Positions 29,020-39,878 of a DNA stretch of 64,000 nt are shown one piece after another. The position numbers were made by a program, and so were the translations under genes. The notes beneath the pieces are model-generated. The model was not told the origin of the DNA. It worked only from the letters and a program-made list of their open reading frames with translations, and searched no databases. The DNA comes from an uncultured Aliarcobacter sp. Its GTDB lineage: Bacteria; Campylobacterota; Campylobacteria; Campylobacterales; Arcobacteraceae. The stretch lies in assembly GCA_963664305.2 (NCBI GenBank), contig CAXXLV010000001.1, positions 512,001-576,000 of the forward strand. The letters are read 5' to 3'. The stretch's first letter is position 1; each line of letters begins with the position of its first letter.

Positions 29020-30906
29020 TTACTCTACTTCAGCATCGATAACATCATCGTCATCTTTTTTTGCTTTTTGATTTGGTTGAGCACCAGCTTGGTCTCCACC
29101 CTCTTTTTTATACATAGCTTCTGCTAATTTGTGAGATTTTTCAGTTAAAGTTTTTAATTTTTCTTCAATTTGCTCTTTTGTAGCATTTTCATCTTTTAAA
29201 GTCTCTTCTAAATCAGCTGCTGCATCAATAATTGCTTTTTTCTCATCTTCAGAAATTGCATTTTCATTCTCTTCTAAAGTTTTTCTAGTTGAATGTAATA
29301 ATGCATCTGCTTGATTTCTTACTTCAATTACAGCTTTTTTCTTAGCATCTGCTTCTTTGTTTGCTTCTGCTTCTTGAACCATTTTTTCAATTTCTGCATC
29401 ACTTAATCCAGATGAACCAGAGATTGTAATTTTATTTTCTTTTCCAGTTCCTTTATCTTTAGCAGAAACATTTAAAACACCATTTGCATCAATATCAAAT
29501 GTTACTTCAATTTGAGGAACACCTCTTGGAGCTGCTGGAATATCTGATAATTCAAACATACCTAAAGATTTGTTATCTTTAGCAAATTCTCTTTCACCTT
29601 GGCATACGTGAATAGAAACAGCTGGTTGGTTATCATCAGCAGTTGAGAAAACTTGAGATTTTTTAACTGGAATTGTTGTACCTTTTTCAATTAATTTAGT
29701 CATAACTCCACCTAAAGTTTCAATTCCTAAAGATAATGGAGTAACGTCTAATAATAATACGTCTTTAACATCACCTTTTAAAACTCCAGCTTGCACAGCA
29801 GCTCCCGCAGCAACTACTTCATCAGGATTTACACCTTTATTTAAATCTTTTCCAAAGAAATCTCTTACAACTTTATTAGCTTTTGGTAATCTTGTAGATC
29901 CTCCAACCATGATAATTTCTTGAATTTCATCTTTACTTAATCCAGCATCTTTTAATGCAATTTTAATATGGTCTAAAGTCTCATTGATTAAATGCTCAGT
30001 CATAGACTCAAATTTTGCTCTAGTTAAAGATTTAACTAAGTGGATTGGTCCTGCACTTCCCATAGAGATAAATGGTAAGTTAATTTCTGTTGATTCTGCT
30101 GAACTTAACTCTTTTTTAGCATTTTCAGCTGCATCTTTTAGTCTTTGTAATGCCATTTTGTCATTTTTAATATCAAAACCATTTTCATCTTTGAACTCTT
30201 TTGCTAACCAATCAATAATAGCGTTATCGAAGTCATCTCCACCTAAGAATGCATTTCCATCAGTTGAAAGTACTTCAAATGTTCCATCACCAATTTCTAA
30301 AACAGTAACGTCAAAAGTTCCTCCACCTAAATCGTAAACTAGAACTTTTTCTTCACCTTTTTTATCTAAACCATATGCTAATGAAGCAGCTGTTGGCTCA
30401 TTGATAATTCTTAATACATTTAATCCAGCGATTGTTCCAGCTTCTTGAGTAGCTTTTCTTTGTGCATCATTGAAATATGCAGGAACTGTAATAACTGCAT
30501 CAGTTACAGTTTGTCCTAAATATTCTTCTGCATCTGCTTTTAATTTTGATAAAATTTTTGCTGAAATTTCTTGAGGAGTATAAGTTTTTCCTGCAATTTC
30601 AACTGCTGCTGCACCATTTCTATCAACGATTTTATATCCTACTTTAGATTGAGCAGCTTTTGCATTTGGCTCATCCATCATAAGACCCATAATTCTTTTA
30701 ATAGAATAAATAGTTTTTTCTGGATTTGTGATTGCTTGTCTTTTTGCTGGATCTCCAACTAAAACTTCACCTTTATCTGTAAATGCAACGATTGAAGGAG
30801 TTGTATTTTTCCCCTCTTTATTTGGGATAATTTTTGCTTCCCCATTTTCATAAACTGCTATACAAGAGTTTGTTGTTCCTAAATCTATTCCTATTACTTT
30901 ACTCAT
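29020..30906 (-). CDS. dnaK: Chaperone DnaK
   Basis: [48 protein letters not shown] at 30906 follows AAGGA. Confidence 0.99.
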   Translation of the reverse strand: MSKVIGIDLGTTNSCIAVYENGEAKIIPNKEGKNTTPSIVAFTDKGEVLVGDPAKRQAITNPEKTIYSIKRIMGLMMDEPNAKAAQSKVGYKIVDRNGAAAVEIAGKTYTPQEISAKILSKLKADAEEYLGQTVTDAVITVPAYFNDAQRKATQEAGTIAGLNVLRIINEPTAASLAYGLDKKGEEKVLVYDLGGGTFDVTVLEIGDGTFEVLSTDGNAFLGGDDFDNAIIDWLAKEFKDENGFDIKNDKMALQRLKDAAENAKKELSSAESTEINLPFISMGSAGPIHLVKSLTRAKFESMTEHLINETLDHIKIALKDAGLSKDEIQEIIMVGGSTRLPKANKVVRDFFGKDLNKGVNPDEVVAAGAAVQAGVLKGDVKDVLLLDVTPLSLGIETLGGVMTKLIEKGTTIPVKKSQVFSTADDNQPAVSIHVCQGEREFAKDNKSLGMFELSDIPAAPRGVPQIEVTFDIDANGVLNVSAKDKGTGKENKITISGSSGLSDAEIEKMVQEAEANKEADAKKKAVIEVRNQADALLHSTRKTLEENENAISEDEKKAIIDAAADLEETLKDENATKEQIEEKLKTLTEKSHKLAEAMYKKEGGDQAGAQPNQKAKKDDDDVIDAEVE

Positions 30907-30993
30907 TTTCTTATCCTTTATCAAAGTTTTGTTTTTTAATTTAATTTATAATTCTTCAAATCTATCTAGTTTTATGACATCACGGTCAATTTG

Positions 30994-31554
30994 TTAGTTA
31001 GCGATACTAACCATAGAAGGTCTTAACAACCTATCTTTTAATTTATAACCTTTTTGTAACTCTTGAACAATTTGTCCAGATTCGTGATTTTCACTATCTA
31101 CTTGCATAACTGCATTGTGAAAGTTTGGATCAAATTCTCCATCAGTTTCAATTTTTGTGATATTATGTTTTTCAAAAGTAGTATTGAAATTTTTAATAGT
31201 AAGTTCAATTCCTTCTTTTAACTTTTTCAATAATTCACTAGCATCAATATCTGCATTTGCTGAACTTAAAGCCATTTCAAGTGTATCGATTGGAGTTAAT
31301 AAATCTTTAGCAAATTTTTCACTTGCGTAATCAATTGCTTGATATTTTTCTCTCTCTAATCTTTTTTTAATATTCTCAAAATCCGCATGAACTCTTAAAT
31401 ATTTTTCTTCACTTTGTTTTAACTCTTCTTCAAGTCTTGCAACTTTTTCTTCTAAACTCTCTTCTTTTGAAACTGTTTCTTCTGTTGTTTCAGTTGTTGT
31501 CTCTTCTTGAGCTGTTTCTTGTTCTACTAATTCTTCTTTTATTTCTTCACTCAC
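30994..31554 (-). CDS. grpE: Nucleotide exchange factor GrpE
   Basis: ADFENIKKR, FDPNFHNAV, QKGYKLKDRLLRPSMV. Confidence 0.98.
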   Translation of the reverse strand: MSEEIKEELVEQETAQEETTTETTEETVSKEESLEEKVARLEEELKQSEEKYLRVHADFENIKKRLEREKYQAIDYASEKFAKDLLTPIDTLEMALSSANADIDASELLKKLKEGIELTIKNFNTTFEKHNITKIETDGEFDPNFHNAVMQVDSENHESGQIVQELQKGYKLKDRLLRPSMVSIAN

Positions 31555-31563
31555 TGTTATCTC

Positions 31564-32355
31564 CTAAAAAGTTGTAATTTTTTCATAAAAAAATTCATAA
31601 TCTTTTGGTAATTCACCAACAACTAACATTTTTACATCTTCGTTGTTTATTTTACAATAATTACAAATACCTATATAATTATTTGGTAATAATTTTTCAA
31701 AATATAAACCTTCTTTTAAATCATCTAAAATATAACCTTTTAGAAATCTATTTATAGTATATTCATCAAAATTGTAATTTAATGCTAATGTTAAAAACTC
31801 TTTATAATTAAAAATCTGAAAATCAGAATTTTGTAAACTCTGATTTATAGATTCATAAACTTCATATGCACCTACATCTTTTGAAATTTTTATGATATCT
31901 TTTAAATCCAAATCTATCATATCTTTTAAAAATCTATATAACGCATCTGAATATTTAACATTTATTGCAAATGAAGAAAACTCTAATATCATATATCTAT
32001 TTTCAACATTCAAAATACTTCTTAATTTATCAGCTTTCTCTTTTTTTATAAAAACAGACAGTCCAATATTTGAGGCAAAATATTCTAAAGCTCTTAAATT
32101 TATACCCTTTAGCTTAAAACTTAGCTTTGATTGCCAATATTGTTTTAAAGCTTCAGTTGTTGGTGTTCTTCCACTACTAATATGTTCTTGTGCAAGATAG
32201 CCCTCTTCACCTAACTTTTTAAAGTAACCTCTAATAGTCGCTGGTGAATAAGTAATATCATACATAGATTTTAATTGTGTTGAACCAATCGGCTCTAAAT
32301 GTTCTATGTAAGCTTTAATAATAGATTGTAATAAAAACTCTTTTTTATCAATCAT
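31564..32355 (-). CDS. hrcA: Heat-inducible transcription repressor HrcA
   Basis: IIKAYI...EPIGS, SPATIR, QEHISSGRTPT; first gene of the grpE-dnaK operon. Confidence 0.93.
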   Translation of the reverse strand: MIDKKEFLLQSIIKAYIEHLEPIGSTQLKSMYDITYSPATIRGYFKKLGEEGYLAQEHISSGRTPTTEALKQYWQSKLSFKLKGINLRALEYFASNIGLSVFIKKEKADKLRSILNVENRYMILEFSSFAINVKYSDALYRFLKDMIDLDLKDIIKISKDVGAYEVYESINQSLQNSDFQIFNYKEFLTLALNYNFDEYTINRFLKGYILDDLKEGLYFEKLLPNNYIGICNYCKINNEDVKMLVVGELPKDYEFFYEKITTF

Positions 32356-32377
32356 AAAAACAACCACTTTTAAATTT

Positions 32378-32404
32378 TTAGCACTCTATATCTTAAACTG
32401 CTAA
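32378..32404. promoter_or_regulatory. CIRCE operator (HrcA site)
   Basis: TTAGCACTC-tatatctta-AACTGCTAA versus consensus TTAGCACTC-N9-GAGTGCTAA. Confidence 0.9.
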
Positions 32405-32407
32405 AGA

Positions 32408-32437
32408 ATTATAACCTATTGAGTCTTTTTTTGTCAA
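32408..32437 (-). promoter_or_regulatory. Sigma70 promoter of hrcA-grpE-dnaK
   Basis: Minus strand TTGACA (32437-32432), 18-nt spacer, TATAAT (32413-32408). Confidence 0.85.
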
Positions 32438-32438
32438 G
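32418..32438. promoter_or_regulatory. HAIR-like operator (HspR site)
   Basis: aTTGAGT-N7-tgTCAAG versus consensus CTTGAGT-N7-ACTCAAG; overlaps the -35 element. Confidence 0.65.
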
Positions 32439-32639
32439 TATTTTTTATAAATTATTGTAAATTTATATAAAAAAATATTTTTATTAAACCATTTAGATAA
32501 TTTTTAAATATTTAAATTAAAAAATTTGCAATTTTTATGTAATTTATATATAATTTATACATTATTTGTAAATCAATAGTTATATTTTGTTGATATAATC
32601 ATTTACTTACAAAATAAAATAAATTAAGGAGACTAAATT

Positions 32640-33599
32640 ATGAAATTTAATGGTAAAAAAATAGCAGCAGCAACTTTAATTGGAATGTTATCTATTCCAG
32701 CTTTTTCTGCAGAGTTCGTAACTATTGGAACAGGTGGAGTAACAGGAACTTATTATCCAACTGGTGGTGCTATTTGTAGATTAGTAAACCAATACAAAAA
32801 AGAGACAAAACTTAGATGTTCTGTTGAATCAACTGGTGGTTCAGTTTATAATGTAAATACTATTAAAAATGGTGAATTAGATTTTGGTATTGTTCAATCT
32901 GATATTGTTTATCAAGCAAGTAAAGGTGAAGGTGCTTTTGAAGGTGCTGCTATTCCAAAACTAAAATCTGTTATGGCAATCTACCCTGAATTACTTACTT
33001 TAGTTACAAGAAAAGATGCGAACATCAACTCTTTAATGGATGTAAAAGGGAAAAGAATTAACCTTGGAAATCCAGGAAGTGGAAATGAAGCAACTGCTTT
33101 AGCACTTTTTGAAGAGAGTGGAATTCAAAAAACTGATTTAAAATTTGCAGGTGCATTAAAAGCTTCTGAAATGCCAGATGCATTAAGAGATAACAAAATT
33201 GATGGATATTTTTATATGGTTGGACATCCAACTGCAAATATCAAAGATGCATCAAACTCAGTTGATGTAAAAATTACTCCAATTGAAGGTGCAAATGTTG
33301 ATTCTTTAATCAAAAAATATCCATATTTTGCAAAATCAAATGTTCCTGGTGGAATGTATAAAGGAAATGATGCTGACACTCCAACATTTGGTGTAAAAGC
33401 TGTATTAGTTACAAGTGATGATGTAAGTTCAAATGCAGTTTATGCGGTTGTTAAAGCTATTTTAGAAAACTTTGATGAATTCAAACAATTACACCCAGCT
33501 TATGCAAATATCACAAAAGAATCTTTATTAGATGGACTATCTGCTCCTTTACATGAAGGTGCTAAAAAATATTACCAAGAAATTGGTTTAATTAAATAA
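32640..33599 (+). CDS. TAXI family TRAP transporter solute-binding protein
   Basis: Signal peptide; TIGTGGVTGTYYPTGG, STGGSVYN, NLGNPGSG, PLHEGAKKYY. Confidence 0.95.
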   Translation: MKFNGKKIAAATLIGMLSIPAFSAEFVTIGTGGVTGTYYPTGGAICRLVNQYKKETKLRCSVESTGGSVYNVNTIKNGELDFGIVQSDIVYQASKGEGAFEGAAIPKLKSVMAIYPELLTLVTRKDANINSLMDVKGKRINLGNPGSGNEATALALFEESGIQKTDLKFAGALKASEMPDALRDNKIDGYFYMVGHPTANIKDASNSVDVKITPIEGANVDSLIKKYPYFAKSNVPGGMYKGNDADTPTFGVKAVLVTSDDVSSNAVYAVVKAILENFDEFKQLHPAYANITKESLLDGLSAPLHEGAKKYYQEIGLIK

Positions 33600-33603
33600 T
33601 TTT

Positions 33604-33673
33604 ACTAAGGAGTAAAACTCCTTAGTGCATCTTTTTATACTTCATTTAAAATTATTTGGATGAAGTATGAGAA
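33604..33673 (+). other. Tandem intergenic stem-loops between TAXI binding protein and permease
   Basis: actaaggagt-aaa-actccttagt (33604-33626) and an ~19-bp stem with G-U pairs (33632-33673). Confidence 0.65.
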
Positions 33674-33708
33674 CAACTATTTTATAACTACAAAAGGATA
33701 AAAAACCT

Positions 33709-35811
33709 ATGGCGATTTACGAAGAAAAACCCCATAAAATTTCCCAACTAGAAGTCGAAGAAGCTAATGAAACAGAAGCTAGACTAAATGAAATGGAAGG
33801 GCAAAGAGTATTTGGAAGAGAACATTATGAATTTTGGATAATTTCTATTATTGCTCTTGCTTGGTCACTATTTCAACTTTATATTGTAATAGAACCAACA
33901 AACTCAACTATTTCAAGATCTGTTCACTTATCATTTGCAATGGTACTTGCATTTTTAATTTATCCAATGATTAAAAAACCTTATTTTTTATTAAAAATTA
34001 GATGGTTTGGATATATGTTTGCAACGATTGGATTGGTAACTGCTGCTTATATTGCATTTTTTTACGAAGAGTTATCTTTAAGACCAGGTGATTACACAAC
34101 TTTAGATATTGTTATGGCAATTATTGCTGTACTTATTTTACTTGAAGCTGGAAGAAGAGTTCTAGGACTTGCTCTTAGTGTTATTGCGATTTTCTTTTTA
34201 GCTTACGATTTACTTGGACCTTATATGCCTGAGCTTATTGTTCATAAAGGTGCTAGTTTAAATAAACTTGCAGGTCACATGTATTTAACAACAGAAGGTA
34301 TTTTTGGTGTACCTCTTGGAGTATCTGCTGGATTTGTATTTTTATTTGTACTTTTTGGTTCTTTATTAGATAAAGCTGGAGCTGGAGAATATTTTATTAA
34401 TTTAGCTTTTTCAATGCTTGGAAAATATAGAGGAGGTCCAGCTAAAGCTGCTATTGTTGCTTCTGGATTTACAGGAATTATGAGTGGAAGTTCTATAGCA
34501 AATACTGTAACAACAGGAACATTTACTATTCCTCTTATGAAAAGAACAGGTTTTAGACCAGAACAAGCAGGAGCTGTAGAGGTTGCAGGTTCAACTATTG
34601 GACAATTAATGCCACCTATTATGGGAGCTGCTGCATTTATTATGGCTGAATTTTTGGGTATGGCATATACAGATGTTGTTATTAGTGCATTTATTCCTGC
34701 TTTTGTTTCTTATTTTGCTTTATTTTACATAGTTCATCTTGAAGCTTTAAAATTAGGATTAAAAGGTCTAAAAAAAGAGGATTTACCTGAAAAATTAAAA
34801 ACATTTTTACAAGGTATTCACTATTTAATTCCTATTTTCTTCCTATTATATACATTAGTTGTATTAAGAGAAAGTGCTGCAAGTGCTGCATTTAATGCAA
34901 TTATGCTTTTAATGATTCTTATGATTGTTCAACATCCATTTAGAGCTTTTGTTTCAAAACAAAAAATTACTAGAGATATTTGGCTTTCAGGTTTTGTTGA
35001 TATTTTAGCGGGAATGATTAGTGGTGCTAAAAACATGATTCCAATTGCAATTGCAACTGCATTAGCTGGAATTGTTGTTGGTTCAATTACACTTACAGGA
35101 TTAGGACAAGTTTTACTTGATGTTGTTGAAACTTTAGCAGATGGAAATATTTTTGCAATTTTATTACTTGCAGCATTAATTTCACTTATTTTAGGAATGG
35201 GTCTTCCAACAACAGCAAACTATATTGTTATGGCTTCATTAACTGCACCTGTTATTTTAACACTTGCTGCTGATAATGGATTCTTAATTCCTGCAATTGC
35301 AGCGCATCTATTTGTATTCTATTTTGGTATTTTAGCAGATGTTACACCACCTGTTGGACTTGCAGCTTATGCAGCAGCTGGTATTGCAAAAGCAGACCCT
35401 ATAAAAACTGGAATTATTGGATTTATGTATAATATTAGAACAGCAATTTTACCATTTATGTTCTTCTTCAATCCGGAATTATTATTGATTTCAGGTGTTG
35501 ATCCACTAAATCCAAGTGATCCTCATGGTTGGATTTGGATTACAAATCCAGTAGAAATTGCAGTTATTTTTACAACAGCATTTATTGGTATGATATCTTT
35601 CTCTTGTGCTATGATTGGTTACTTTGTAACTAAAACAACTATTGTTGAAAGATTATTGTTCTTAGTTCCTGTACCATTTATGTTCTTACCAAAAGTAATA
35701 GAGGCAAACTTACCTTTTGTTACAAACCATTATGTTTCATATCTAATTGGGATAGCGATACTTGTAGGATTATATTTTATTCAAAAATTGAGAGTAAAAG
35801 TAGAAGCTTAA
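33709..35811 (+). CDS. TRAP transporter fused permease (TAXI 4TM/12TM type)
   Basis: EGIFGVPLG, RGGPAKAA, SGSSIANTVTTG, GQLMPPIMGAAAF, LGMGLPTTANY, TPPVGLAA. Confidence 0.95.
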   Translation: MAIYEEKPHKISQLEVEEANETEARLNEMEGQRVFGREHYEFWIISIIALAWSLFQLYIVIEPTNSTISRSVHLSFAMVLAFLIYPMIKKPYFLLKIRWFGYMFATIGLVTAAYIAFFYEELSLRPGDYTTLDIVMAIIAVLILLEAGRRVLGLALSVIAIFFLAYDLLGPYMPELIVHKGASLNKLAGHMYLTTEGIFGVPLGVSAGFVFLFVLFGSLLDKAGAGEYFINLAFSMLGKYRGGPAKAAIVASGFTGIMSGSSIANTVTTGTFTIPLMKRTGFRPEQAGAVEVAGSTIGQLMPPIMGAAAFIMAEFLGMAYTDVVISAFIPAFVSYFALFYIVHLEALKLGLKGLKKEDLPEKLKTFLQGIHYLIPIFFLLYTLVVLRESAASAAFNAIMLLMILMIVQHPFRAFVSKQKITRDIWLSGFVDILAGMISGAKNMIPIAIATALAGIVVGSITLTGLGQVLLDVVETLADGNIFAILLLAALISLILGMGLPTTANYIVMASLTAPVILTLAADNGFLIPAIAAHLFVFYFGILADVTPPVGLAAYAAAGIAKADPIKTGIIGFMYNIRTAILPFMFFFNPELLLISGVDPLNPSDPHGWIWITNPVEIAVIFTTAFIGMISFSCAMIGYFVTKTTIVERLLFLVPVPFMFLPKVIEANLPFVTNHYVSYLIGIAILVGLYFIQKLRVKVEA

Positions 35812-35816
35812 TTATA

Positions 35817-35848
35817 AAAAATAAAAGAGAAATTTCTCTTTTATTTTT
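35817..35848. terminator. Bidirectional terminator
   Basis: Perfect palindrome aaaaataaaagagaa|tttctcttttattttt-type stem between convergent genes. Confidence 0.7.
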
Positions 35849-36566
35849 CTAATGTTTTTTCAATTATATATCCAAAACCTTTATGAGAAATTATAAAATC
35901 ATCATCTTTTATTTTATCTTTTAATCTTTTCATTACTGTTCTAAAAGAAGAATCATTTATTGTTACATCATTCCAAATCAATTCTTTAAATTTATCAACA
36001 GAAATTAATACACCAAGATTTTCTATAAGTATTTCTAGAACTTCTGACTCTTTTTTAGATAATTTTACAATTATTCCATTGTTATATAATTTGTTTGATT
36101 CTAAATCGAAAGTATAACTATTATTTAGTTTTAAAAGTTTATTTGCTTTTTTTTCTACTTTTGGTTGTTTATCTAAAAGAACTTCTTGTTTTGCTTTTTG
36201 AAGCATTTCCATCATATTATCAATATTTAAAGGTTTTACAAAATATCCACTAACTCTTAGATTAATTAGTTTTAATAAATCTTCTTCATTTTTATGAGCA
36301 CTTACAATTATAAATCTTTGATTTGGAATAAGTTTTAATATCTCATCAATCATTTGCATACCATTTACATTTGGCATGTTTAAATCTGTAATTATCAAAT
36401 CAAAATTCTCTTCATTGTCAAAACTTTTTTGAATAATCTCTAGTGCATCTGCGCCATCACAAGCAACCACTACTTCATCGAAAATCGTATTTAAATAAAA
36501 AGCTAATGTCTTTCTTGCTAATTCTTCATCTTCAACTAATAAAACTTTTGTTTTAAAATTTTGCAT
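35841..36566 (-). CDS. Response regulator with OmpR-type winged helix
   Basis: LLVEDE, ITDLNMP, FVKP, KGFGY. Confidence 0.92.
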   Translation of the reverse strand: MQNFKTKVLLVEDEELARKTLAFYLNTIFDEVVVACDGADALEIIQKSFDNEENFDLIITDLNMPNVNGMQMIDEILKLIPNQRFIIVSAHKNEEDLLKLINLRVSGYFVKPLNIDNMMEMLQKAKQEVLLDKQPKVEKKANKLLKLNNSYTFDLESNKLYNNGIIVKLSKKESEVLEILIENLGVLISVDKFKELIWNDVTINDSSFRTVMKRLKDKIKDDDFIISHKGFGYIIEKTLEK

Positions 36567-36616
36567 TTTTTCTCTTTTAAATATTAATTTAATTATAAAT
36601 TATATCTAAAATGATT

Positions 36617-39142
36617 TTAAGCATTTAATTTTATTAAGAACTCTACTCCATCATCTTTATTTATTGCTTCGATTTTACCTCTCATATTCTTTTCTATAAT
36701 AACTTTTGTCATATAAAGTCCTATTCCAGTTCCCTGATTTTCAAACTTTGTAGTAAAATATGGTTCAAAAATCCTTTCAATGATATCTTCATTTATATTT
36801 CCACAATTATTAAAAATTGAAATAAATATATTTTCATTTTCCTTATAAATCTTTATTTCTATTTTTGCTTTAAATTTTGTAGTTTTATCTTTTATGATTT
36901 TTGCATCAATGGCATTATTTAAGATATTAACTATTACTTGTTCAAACTCATTTTCATAGTTTTCTATTTCAATATTTATTGCATCTATAACTAATTCTAT
37001 AGAATTTTTTTCTAAAGAAGATTTCACTATTTTTGAACTTTGAACAATAGAATCTTTTATATTAAATACTTTTTTCTCTTTTGATGGTTTATAAAAATTT
37101 CTAAAATCATCAATTGTTTGAGACATAAAATCTATTTGTAATTTTGCATTTTTTATTGTTTCATTTAATTCATCTTTTGAAATCAATCCATAAGAATCAC
37201 GTATATAATAAATTAAAAGATTTATATTATTAAGTGGTTGTCTCCATTGGTGAGCGATATTCCCAAGCATTTCACCCATAGAAGCCAATTTATTTTGTTG
37301 TACTAATAACCTATCTTTTTCAAGATTTTTTTCAAGTTCATTTTGAACTTTTAGTTTTAATTCCTCTTCATTCATTTTAAGTTTTGTTACATCATTTAAA
37401 TAACCATAAAAACCTATAACATTTGAGTAATCATCTTTTATTAAAATAGCTCTTGTATAAACCCATTTTATATTATTGTTTTTGTCTAAAACTCTATAAA
37501 TATAGTTAAAAGAATCACTATCCTCTTCAACTGCTTTTCTAATAACATCTTTTAATGGTTTAACATCATCTTTAAAAACAAAATCAAAAAAGTTGTTTTT
37601 ATTTTCAAAATCATTTACTTCATAACCATAACCATTAATACTTTTTGAAACAAACTTTACAGTTAAATTTTCATCATTTTCCCATCTAAAAACAACAATT
37701 CTTCCATATTCAGTTAATAATTCAACATCTCTTAACTCTTTAGTTAATTTAATTCTTTCATCAATATTCATTGACATCATTAAAATTCTATTTGAATTAA
37801 ACTCTTTTCCTCGCACTAAAATCCACTTAAAGTTATTCCATTTATCTTTTAATCTATATTCACAAATAAAGTGTTCACTTTGTTTATTTATATGCTTTTC
37901 AAATTCATTTAGAACTCTTTGTTTGTCATCTTCATGAATTAAATTTAACCACTCATCAAAAGTTTGAATATCATTTCTTTTATATCCAAACATTTCAAGC
38001 CATTTATTTGAAAAGAAAATTTTTTTTGTTTCTAAATCCATGTCCCATAATCCATCATTTGATGCAATAATGGCAAGTTCATATCTCTCTTTCCATTTTT
38101 TAAACAAAAAATTCTTTCTTTCTAATCTTTTGTTATATCTATTAAAAATCGTATTGATGAATTTCCCAAAAATATTAAAAGAGGTAATAAGTAATAAAGC
38201 AATAAAAGTAACCAAAAGATAAAAACCAATTAATTTAGTTTCATACTCTTCTTCTATTTTTCTTTTATCTTGATTATTCTCATTTGATTTTATAAATATT
38301 TTATATTGATATTTAGGAAATGTGTATGAAAAATCAGAAGAACTCTCTTCTTTAAATTTTTCTATATTATCAATATGTTCAATTTTTCCACTCATTTTAT
38401 AGTTAAAAACACTATTATCATGTACATCATAAAAGTAAAAATGTGAATTATTCAAAGTTTTACTTTTTGCAACTATTGAATCAAGAATTGCTTTTTTTGT
38501 AAGAACTTTCATATCATCAATCTTTGAATATGCACCAATATATATATTTAAAAAATCTATATATTTTATGTAACTTAATTGAATATTTCTTTTTTGATTA
38601 TCAATACTATACATAAGATTATTATCACCAATATATTCAATATTTCTTAACATATAATATTTGAATTTTGCTGTTCTATTTTCTGAGTTTGTTAGTTCAG
38701 TTAGACTATTTAAAAGTTTTTCACCATGTAATAATTTATAATTTATATTATCAAATAATAAAAAATTTATATTCTTTTCTTTTTCAATCTCTTTTAAATA
38801 TGGCTCTAAAAAACCCATATTAAAAGATTTTCCATCTTTTAAATTTGCTTTTATAAACCCTATAATTTCATAAATCGAGTTACTCAAATCATTTTCAATA
38901 TCATCAAAACTCACACTTGTGTTGTATTTAATACTTGAAATATAAGTTTTTAAAACATCATTTTTGTAAAAATTTTCATTTTGAATAAGTATGTTTATTC
39001 TATTCTTTTTTTCATATTCTAAAAATAAAAAAATAGAGATAAATGAGATAACAGAAAGAAACAAAACAAATATTAAAGGGGTATAAATTATCTTATTTTT
39101 TATATCTAAAAGTGTATAAAACTTCTTTTTTTTAAAAAACAT
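36617..39142 (-). CDS. Membrane sensor histidine kinase with two PAS domains
   Basis: Two TM segments; PAS (SNDGLWD, IHEDD); H-box NIAHQWRQPL; FEPYFTTK, GTGIGL. Confidence 0.92.
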   Translation of the reverse strand: MFFKKKKFYTLLDIKNKIIYTPLIFVLFLSVISFISIFLFLEYEKKNRINILIQNENFYKNDVLKTYISSIKYNTSVSFDDIENDLSNSIYEIIGFIKANLKDGKSFNMGFLEPYLKEIEKEKNINFLLFDNINYKLLHGEKLLNSLTELTNSENRTAKFKYYMLRNIEYIGDNNLMYSIDNQKRNIQLSYIKYIDFLNIYIGAYSKIDDMKVLTKKAILDSIVAKSKTLNNSHFYFYDVHDNSVFNYKMSGKIEHIDNIEKFKEESSSDFSYTFPKYQYKIFIKSNENNQDKRKIEEEYETKLIGFYLLVTFIALLLITSFNIFGKFINTIFNRYNKRLERKNFLFKKWKERYELAIIASNDGLWDMDLETKKIFFSNKWLEMFGYKRNDIQTFDEWLNLIHEDDKQRVLNEFEKHINKQSEHFICEYRLKDKWNNFKWILVRGKEFNSNRILMMSMNIDERIKLTKELRDVELLTEYGRIVVFRWENDENLTVKFVSKSINGYGYEVNDFENKNNFFDFVFKDDVKPLKDVIRKAVEEDSDSFNYIYRVLDKNNNIKWVYTRAILIKDDYSNVIGFYGYLNDVTKLKMNEEELKLKVQNELEKNLEKDRLLVQQNKLASMGEMLGNIAHQWRQPLNNINLLIYYIRDSYGLISKDELNETIKNAKLQIDFMSQTIDDFRNFYKPSKEKKVFNIKDSIVQSSKIVKSSLEKNSIELVIDAINIEIENYENEFEQVIVNILNNAIDAKIIKDKTTKFKAKIEIKIYKENENIFISIFNNCGNINEDIIERIFEPYFTTKFENQGTGIGLYMTKVIIEKNMRGKIEAINKDDGVEFLIKLNA

Positions 39143-39150
39143 TTTTACCC

Positions 39151-39873
39151 TTAATATTTTATTTTTGCCAAATACAATCCATTTGCTTTAATTGGTGTTC
39201 TAAATATATTTTTTTCGCATCTTAACTGTTTTTTTAAATCTTCAATAGTTAATTTTTTATCATTAATTGCTAATAAAAATCCAACCATTAATCTAATTTG
39301 AGAACGTAAATAAGAGTTTGCAACAAATTTAAAAACATAAATATCTTTATGTTTATAAAAAGCCGTTTCAAATATTTCTCTTATTGTAACATCTTTATCA
39401 CTTCCTGTTTTATGAAAATATTTAAAATCATAAACACCTATAAACTCTTTTATTGCTTCTTTTAAAAGTTCTTCATCTACAGTTTTTACAAAAGTAATAA
39501 ATTTATCATTAAAAGGTGTTGTTGGTTTTGTTGTGATTAAATATCTATAAACTCTCTTTTTTGCATGAAATCTTGAATGAAAATCATCATTTACTTTTAT
39601 GATATGTCTAATTTGTATAGAACTAGGTAATCTTTTGTTTAAAATCTCTTGTAGTTTAAAAAAATCTGTCCAAAAATCTGGAATTATGCAGTTAAAAACT
39701 TGTCCTGTCGCATGAACTTCTTTATCAGTTCTACCACTTAAAACTATTGAAGTTTGTATATTTAAAGTTTTAAAAGCTTTAAGTAATTCATCTTCTATTG
39801 TATTTTTATTTGGTTGCTTCTGACTTCCTAAATAAAGGCTTCCATCATAAGCAACAGTAAATTTCAAATTCAT
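39151..39873 (-). CDS. truA: tRNA pseudouridine(38-40) synthase
   Basis: AYDGS, SGRTDKEVHATGQ, FHSRF, YLRSQIRLMVG, GLYL. Confidence 0.96.
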   Translation of the reverse strand: MNLKFTVAYDGSLYLGSQKQPNKNTIEDELLKAFKTLNIQTSIVLSGRTDKEVHATGQVFNCIIPDFWTDFFKLQEILNKRLPSSIQIRHIIKVNDDFHSRFHAKKRVYRYLITTKPTTPFNDKFITFVKTVDEELLKEAIKEFIGVYDFKYFHKTGSDKDVTIREIFETAFYKHKDIYVFKFVANSYLRSQIRLMVGFLLAINDKKLTIEDLKKQLRCEKNIFRTPIKANGLYLAKIKY

Positions 39874-39878
39874 AAAGT

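Noticed and set aside
30975..30988. Small inverted repeat tgac-atcacg-gtca between grpE and dnaK
   Set aside because: Only a 4-bp stem; too weak to call an operator or terminator.
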